IMG/VR virus record: IMGVR_UViG_3300010214_000050
Span: 1 to 36,876 of that record
Source: a virus
Taxonomy: Duplodnaviria; Caudoviricetes
Direction: 5' to 3' (one strand)
Length of the DNA: 36,876 nucleotides
Shown: positions 33,392 to 36,876 of the stretch, piece after piece
Numbering within the stretch: the first letter of the stretch is position 1
Layout: each line of letters begins with the position of its first letter
Notes under the pieces: generated by a model
Told to the model about the DNA's origin: nothing
Database searches by the model: none
Seen by the model: only the letters and a program-made list of their open reading frames with translations
Translations under genes and position numbers: made by a program

Positions 33392-33768
33392 TGCACTGGT
33401 CTGACTCTTATATAGACATCCCGCACGAGGTGCTGGATTGCGCCCAACTCGTCGAACGTGCCCTGCATGAGCAGTTCGGCCGCACCGACATCCACTTCCC
33501 AAGGCGTCAGGCAGACGACCTGGCCCACCGATCGGCCTTGATCACGGGCCACCAGGCCGACTTCGCCGAGCGGATCGAGGAGCCCGTCGATGGGTGTGGC
33601 GTACTGATGTTGGCGCGCGGCCGTCAGGCCCATATCGGTCTGTATTGCTTGATTCAGGGCGTGCCTTATGTGCTGCACAGCGATGCACTTTTCGGGTCGA
33701 GCATGCGACAACCCCTGGCTCGGCTGCCCCGCTGCTACCGTGTGGAGGGCTTCTATCAATGGCTCTGA
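33391..33768 (+). CDS. NlpC/P60-like tail assembly protein (gpK C-terminal-like)
   Basis: MHWSDSYI...LDCAQLV...HIGLY...VLH...VEGFYQW. Confidence 0.85.
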   Translation: MHWSDSYIDIPHEVLDCAQLVERALHEQFGRTDIHFPRRQADDLAHRSALITGHQADFAERIEEPVDGCGVLMLARGRQAHIGLYCLIQGVPYVLHSDALFGSSMRQPLARLPRCYRVEGFYQWL

Positions 33769-34622
33769 TGCCCACGCTCTCCGTCATCTGGTGCCCAAAC
33801 CCCCTTCGGCCTGCCAGTGACCGCAAGGTGTTGCCGGTGGCTCTGGCCGGTACCGAAACGCTGCATGACATCGTCCAGCGCCTTGGCTTGGCCGACACGC
33901 CCCTGGCCATCATGTCGAATGGGCGGCCAGTGGCGGCCGAGGATTGGGCTGCCACGCCCGTGAGCGTGTCCGATCTGATCGTCATTCACCAGGTAGCCAA
34001 GGGCATCGTCGAGGGCAGCACGGTCGCAGCCAAGCTGGTCATGTATGGCGAGATCGGATGGACTGCCGCCTTCGCCCTGGGCACGGTGGCCGCATTTGCT
34101 GCCAATGCTGTGATCGCCTTTGCGATTTCCGCCTTGGCCGGCAGCTTGTCCGCCCGGAGCGCCGCCTCTGCCAAGGGCGATGATGCGCCCACGGCGTACA
34201 GCATTGAAGGCGGCTCCAACTCGGCCCGCAACTATGAGCCGCTGCAACTGGTACTGGGCGAACACCGTGTATTCCCAGACTACGCTGGCCGTCCGTTTGG
34301 CGAATTCGTCCCGGACTCCAGCACGGCCACCGAGGTGATCAACAACACCCCGGTCTATGAAACCCGTACCCATCCGCCATTCGGCTTCGAGGGCACAGCA
34401 GTCATTGCACCATGGGTGCTCATTCGTACAGATGTCTGGGAAAGCGGAACGATTGAGTACTACGGAGACCAGGCCAGCCGCACCTATACCAGCAGCAGCG
34501 GCGGAACGGTCACCCAACCGCATACCTTTGTGATTAGCCACCAAGGGCTGTTCGACTCGGTGACGACATATGAGGACTACCTGGTGCAGATCACCCCACC
34601 AGAAAGTGGAGGAGGAGACTGA
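33759..34622 (+). CDS. Tail tip protein, part 1 (gpI-like ubiquitin fold plus N-terminus of a gpJ-like hub)
   Basis: GGAGGG RBS before ATG 33759; NGRPV...W, hydrophobic helix, PTAYSIEGGSNSARNYEPLQLVLGEHRVFPDY. Confidence 0.8.
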   Translation: MALMPTLSVIWCPNPLRPASDRKVLPVALAGTETLHDIVQRLGLADTPLAIMSNGRPVAAEDWAATPVSVSDLIVIHQVAKGIVEGSTVAAKLVMYGEIGWTAAFALGTVAAFAANAVIAFAISALAGSLSARSAASAKGDDAPTAYSIEGGSNSARNYEPLQLVLGEHRVFPDYAGRPFGEFVPDSSTATEVINNTPVYETRTHPPFGFEGTAVIAPWVLIRTDVWESGTIEYYGDQASRTYTSSSGGTVTQPHTFVISHQGLFDSVTTYEDYLVQITPPESGGGD

Positions 34623-34623
34623 T

Positions 34624-36876
34624 ATGGCCTGGAATCCTTTGGGCACGCCGCTGCCCGTCCTGGTGCGCTACGGCTACACCATCATTTACAACACCGAGCG
34701 CGTGACCAGTGTGTTCAACCTCGGATTCGGCGACCTGACAGCCACCGACGAGCGCATTGGAGCCAACGCAGTCAGCCAGTTCAATTCCATCGAGCTGCAC
34801 AGCAGCCAGGTGCCGCCTGGCCAGGCAGATCGCACAGTCCTGCGTGGCTATACCAGCGCCGGCTGGCCCTCCGATGTTTACCCTGGCAATGTGCAGACTG
34901 TCGATGGCGGTGCTCTGGAGCAGAACTCCAATGTCGAAAACGGCGGCTGGATTGAGCGCCAGGGCTCTCAGGCAGGACGGTTTGTCCAGATTGACATTTC
35001 CGGGCGGCTGCTACGCCAGGCGGGCGGCGGCTTCGAGAACCTGACCTGTCAGGTTGCGGCCGAGTACCAGTTGCCTGGATCTAGCGTCTGGCAACCTATG
35101 CCTTTCTCTCCGATGACGCTCAGCAACGGCAGCACCAGGCCCCTGCGTCAAACGTTTTCGGCCATGCTGCCTCAGGCGGCGGCCAAGTTCCGCGTGCGAC
35201 GCACCACACCAGATTTCACCGATGCCAGCAACGTGGCTGAGATCGAATGGACGCGTCTCAAGATATTCCGCGACAACGACGCGCTTTACCCGGCCCAATT
35301 ACGCCGGGGGATGATGATTAAGGCGACCGGCCAGCTCAACGGCCGAATCGACCGTTATTCCACGCTGGTTCGCCATAAATGCTGGGTCTGGAATTCATCG
35401 GCTCCCTGGGATGGCTCCATGCCGGCAGTCGGCGCGGGTGCTTGGCAGTGGACGTACAGCACGAATCCAGCCTGGCTGTTCCTGTATTTCTCGCGCGGTG
35501 GCTTCCTCAACCCCACGGCCGCGCCGGCTCACCTGGGCCAAGCCGGATGGCTGGATGAACCATCAGCCAGCAATGGCGAGCGGCTCTTCGGTGCAGGCCT
35601 GCCCAATGCCCGGATCGACTACGGCACGTTGGTGGCCTGGGGACAGTACTGCGCGGCAGCCCAACTGACCTGCCGCCTGCTGCTCAGCGGCGCACGCAGC
35701 GCTGGCACCGTACTCGATGACATCGCCGCAGCAGGCCGGGCCCGGAAAACCTGGGCGCCTGGCAAGCTGTCGGTCTGGTGGGAGCGAGATGGCCAGCCCT
35801 GGGTTGCGGCCTTCGGCGCGAGCAACATCATCGCGGGCACGTTCAAAATCGCCTACATCACCGACGACACGGTCGACGAGTTTGGGCTCTCATACAGTCA
35901 GTCAGACAACGACTTTGAGGCAGACACGGTCTATGCCAAGGTGCCAGGCGTGACGCTGCCGGTCAACCAGCAGGTAAGCCAGGCCACATACAGCATGCCC
36001 AAGGCCCAGGCCCAGCGCCTGGTCAACCTGTTGGCTGCCTCGAAGCACTACCACCGCCGCACGATCACATGGGAGAGTTCCATCATGGGGTTGACCGTGG
36101 CCACGGGTGACATCATCCAGCTCGGCCACGATCTGACCCGCTGGGCCTTCAGCGGTCGCCTGGTCGGCCTGGGCTTGACGGGCACCCGCGTGGCCTGGGT
36201 GGATCTGTCTGCCGAGGTGGAGCTGCCAGACGGCAACGACTTCTATTTGATGGTCACACCGCCAGGCGGTGATCCTTTCAGCGTGCGCTGTGCAAAGCCT
36301 GTCGGCCGCACACGCCGGCTGACCCTGGTGGGCAACTGGCCCGCCTCGGCGGCGCCAGGCTGGCTGGATGCAGCCAACCCCAATGCGCAGGCCAGCGCTG
36401 ATTTAGAGGATACCGTCCCAGAGGATTGGACGTTCCTCGGCGGCCCGCAGCAGACGCCCGGCAAGCGCGTGCGCATCATCAGCATGGAGCCAAGCAGCTC
36501 CAGGCGCGTGCGCATGACGGTCCGAGACGAATATGAGCAGTACTACCCGCTGGAGTGGGGCCTGGGTGTGGTACCCGAGATGGCCAGTGGCGAGCGACGT
36601 GTGGCCAGGGCCTTCAACCTGTCGGCCGCACCACTGCCGGATGGCGGAACCCGCCTGGCCTGGGAGCTGGAAGCTGCCCATGGCGCCGATGTGCGAGTCT
36701 CGGTGAACGGCGGGCCCAGCCAGCAAGTCCCAGTGGCTGGCCACATCACAGTCCTCGGCCGCGAGCTGCTGCTGCCGCCGTATCCAGCCGGCACGCGCCT
36801 GGCTGTTTCTCTGCTGCCGGTGACGGCCGGGGCGCCAGTAGGCGTCGAAGGCGATCAGATGGAGATTGCGCTATGA
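34624..36876 (+). CDS. Tail tip / central hub protein, part 2 (gpJ-like)
   Basis: GGAGG RBS before ATG 34624; IKATGQLNGRID, TNPAW, FGASNIIAGTFKIAY, GDIIQLGHDL. Confidence 0.88.
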   Translation: MAWNPLGTPLPVLVRYGYTIIYNTERVTSVFNLGFGDLTATDERIGANAVSQFNSIELHSSQVPPGQADRTVLRGYTSAGWPSDVYPGNVQTVDGGALEQNSNVENGGWIERQGSQAGRFVQIDISGRLLRQAGGGFENLTCQVAAEYQLPGSSVWQPMPFSPMTLSNGSTRPLRQTFSAMLPQAAAKFRVRRTTPDFTDASNVAEIEWTRLKIFRDNDALYPAQLRRGMMIKATGQLNGRIDRYSTLVRHKCWVWNSSAPWDGSMPAVGAGAWQWTYSTNPAWLFLYFSRGGFLNPTAAPAHLGQAGWLDEPSASNGERLFGAGLPNARIDYGTLVAWGQYCAAAQLTCRLLLSGARSAGTVLDDIAAAGRARKTWAPGKLSVWWERDGQPWVAAFGASNIIAGTFKIAYITDDTVDEFGLSYSQSDNDFEADTVYAKVPGVTLPVNQQVSQATYSMPKAQAQRLVNLLAASKHYHRRTITWESSIMGLTVATGDIIQLGHDLTRWAFSGRLVGLGLTGTRVAWVDLSAEVELPDGNDFYLMVTPPGGDPFSVRCAKPVGRTRRLTLVGNWPASAAPGWLDAANPNAQASADLEDTVPEDWTFLGGPQQTPGKRVRIISMEPSSSRRVRMTVRDEYEQYYPLEWGLGVVPEMASGERRVARAFNLSAAPLPDGGTRLAWELEAAHGADVRVSVNGGPSQQVPVAGHITVLGRELLLPPYPAGTRLAVSLLPVTAGAPVGVEGDQMEIAL

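Larger units (their letters stand above)
1..36876. mobile_element. Mu-like transposable prophage (B3/BcepMu-type transposase, siphoviral tail); termini outside the window
   Basis: DDE transposase, B ATPase, GemA, Mor and Mu-type terS/terL/portal/F/G/I/gp36/gp37 genes. No sheath or baseplate genes. No host genes in the window. Confidence 0.96.

Noticed and set aside
26056-36876. Gin-type invertible segment or diversity-generating retroelement for tail fibres
   Set aside because: No invertase, reverse transcriptase, long inverted repeats or TR/VR pair seen in the window.
1-36876. Prophage ends (TG...CA, transposase-binding repeats), mom/dam genes, tRNA or rRNA
   Set aside because: The window begins and ends at stop codons of structural genes; none of these features could be supported inside it.

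Overview
The whole window is the body of a transposable (Mu-like) prophage or phage with a B3/BcepMu-type DDE transposase, an ExeA-like B ATPase, and a non-contractile, lambda-type tail. It runs from the stop of the gpG-like gene to the stop of the tail-tip gene, so the genome ends are outside the window. There are four blocks: (i) 1-7.6 kb, a leftward lysis/terminase/portal/F/G operon; (ii) 7.66-10.05 kb, a leftward repressor operon with three accessory genes; (iii) 10.16-20.3 kb, a rightward early/middle operon (Ner-like, transposase, B ATPase, DUF3164, RdgC, GemA, Mor); (iv) 20.4-36.9 kb, rightward head and tail genes. The best candidate for an undescribed system is in block (ii). The peptidase-less repressor and the protein encoded directly downstream share a RHIM-like motif, QVGYAGGxV. 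It is nearly identical in protein but synonymously diverged in DNA, which suggests a homotypic beta/amyloid-like interaction module in the lysis-lysogeny switch. Other notable signals: three late promoters with a 16-bp palindrome and identical spacing that implies leaderless mRNAs; a 21-bp repeat in early-gene leaders; a duplicated tail-tube gene next to an oddly placed fibre gene; a split tail-tip gene; and a degenerate MuF nuclease tail. All family assignments are from motif recognition by eye; no database searches were run.
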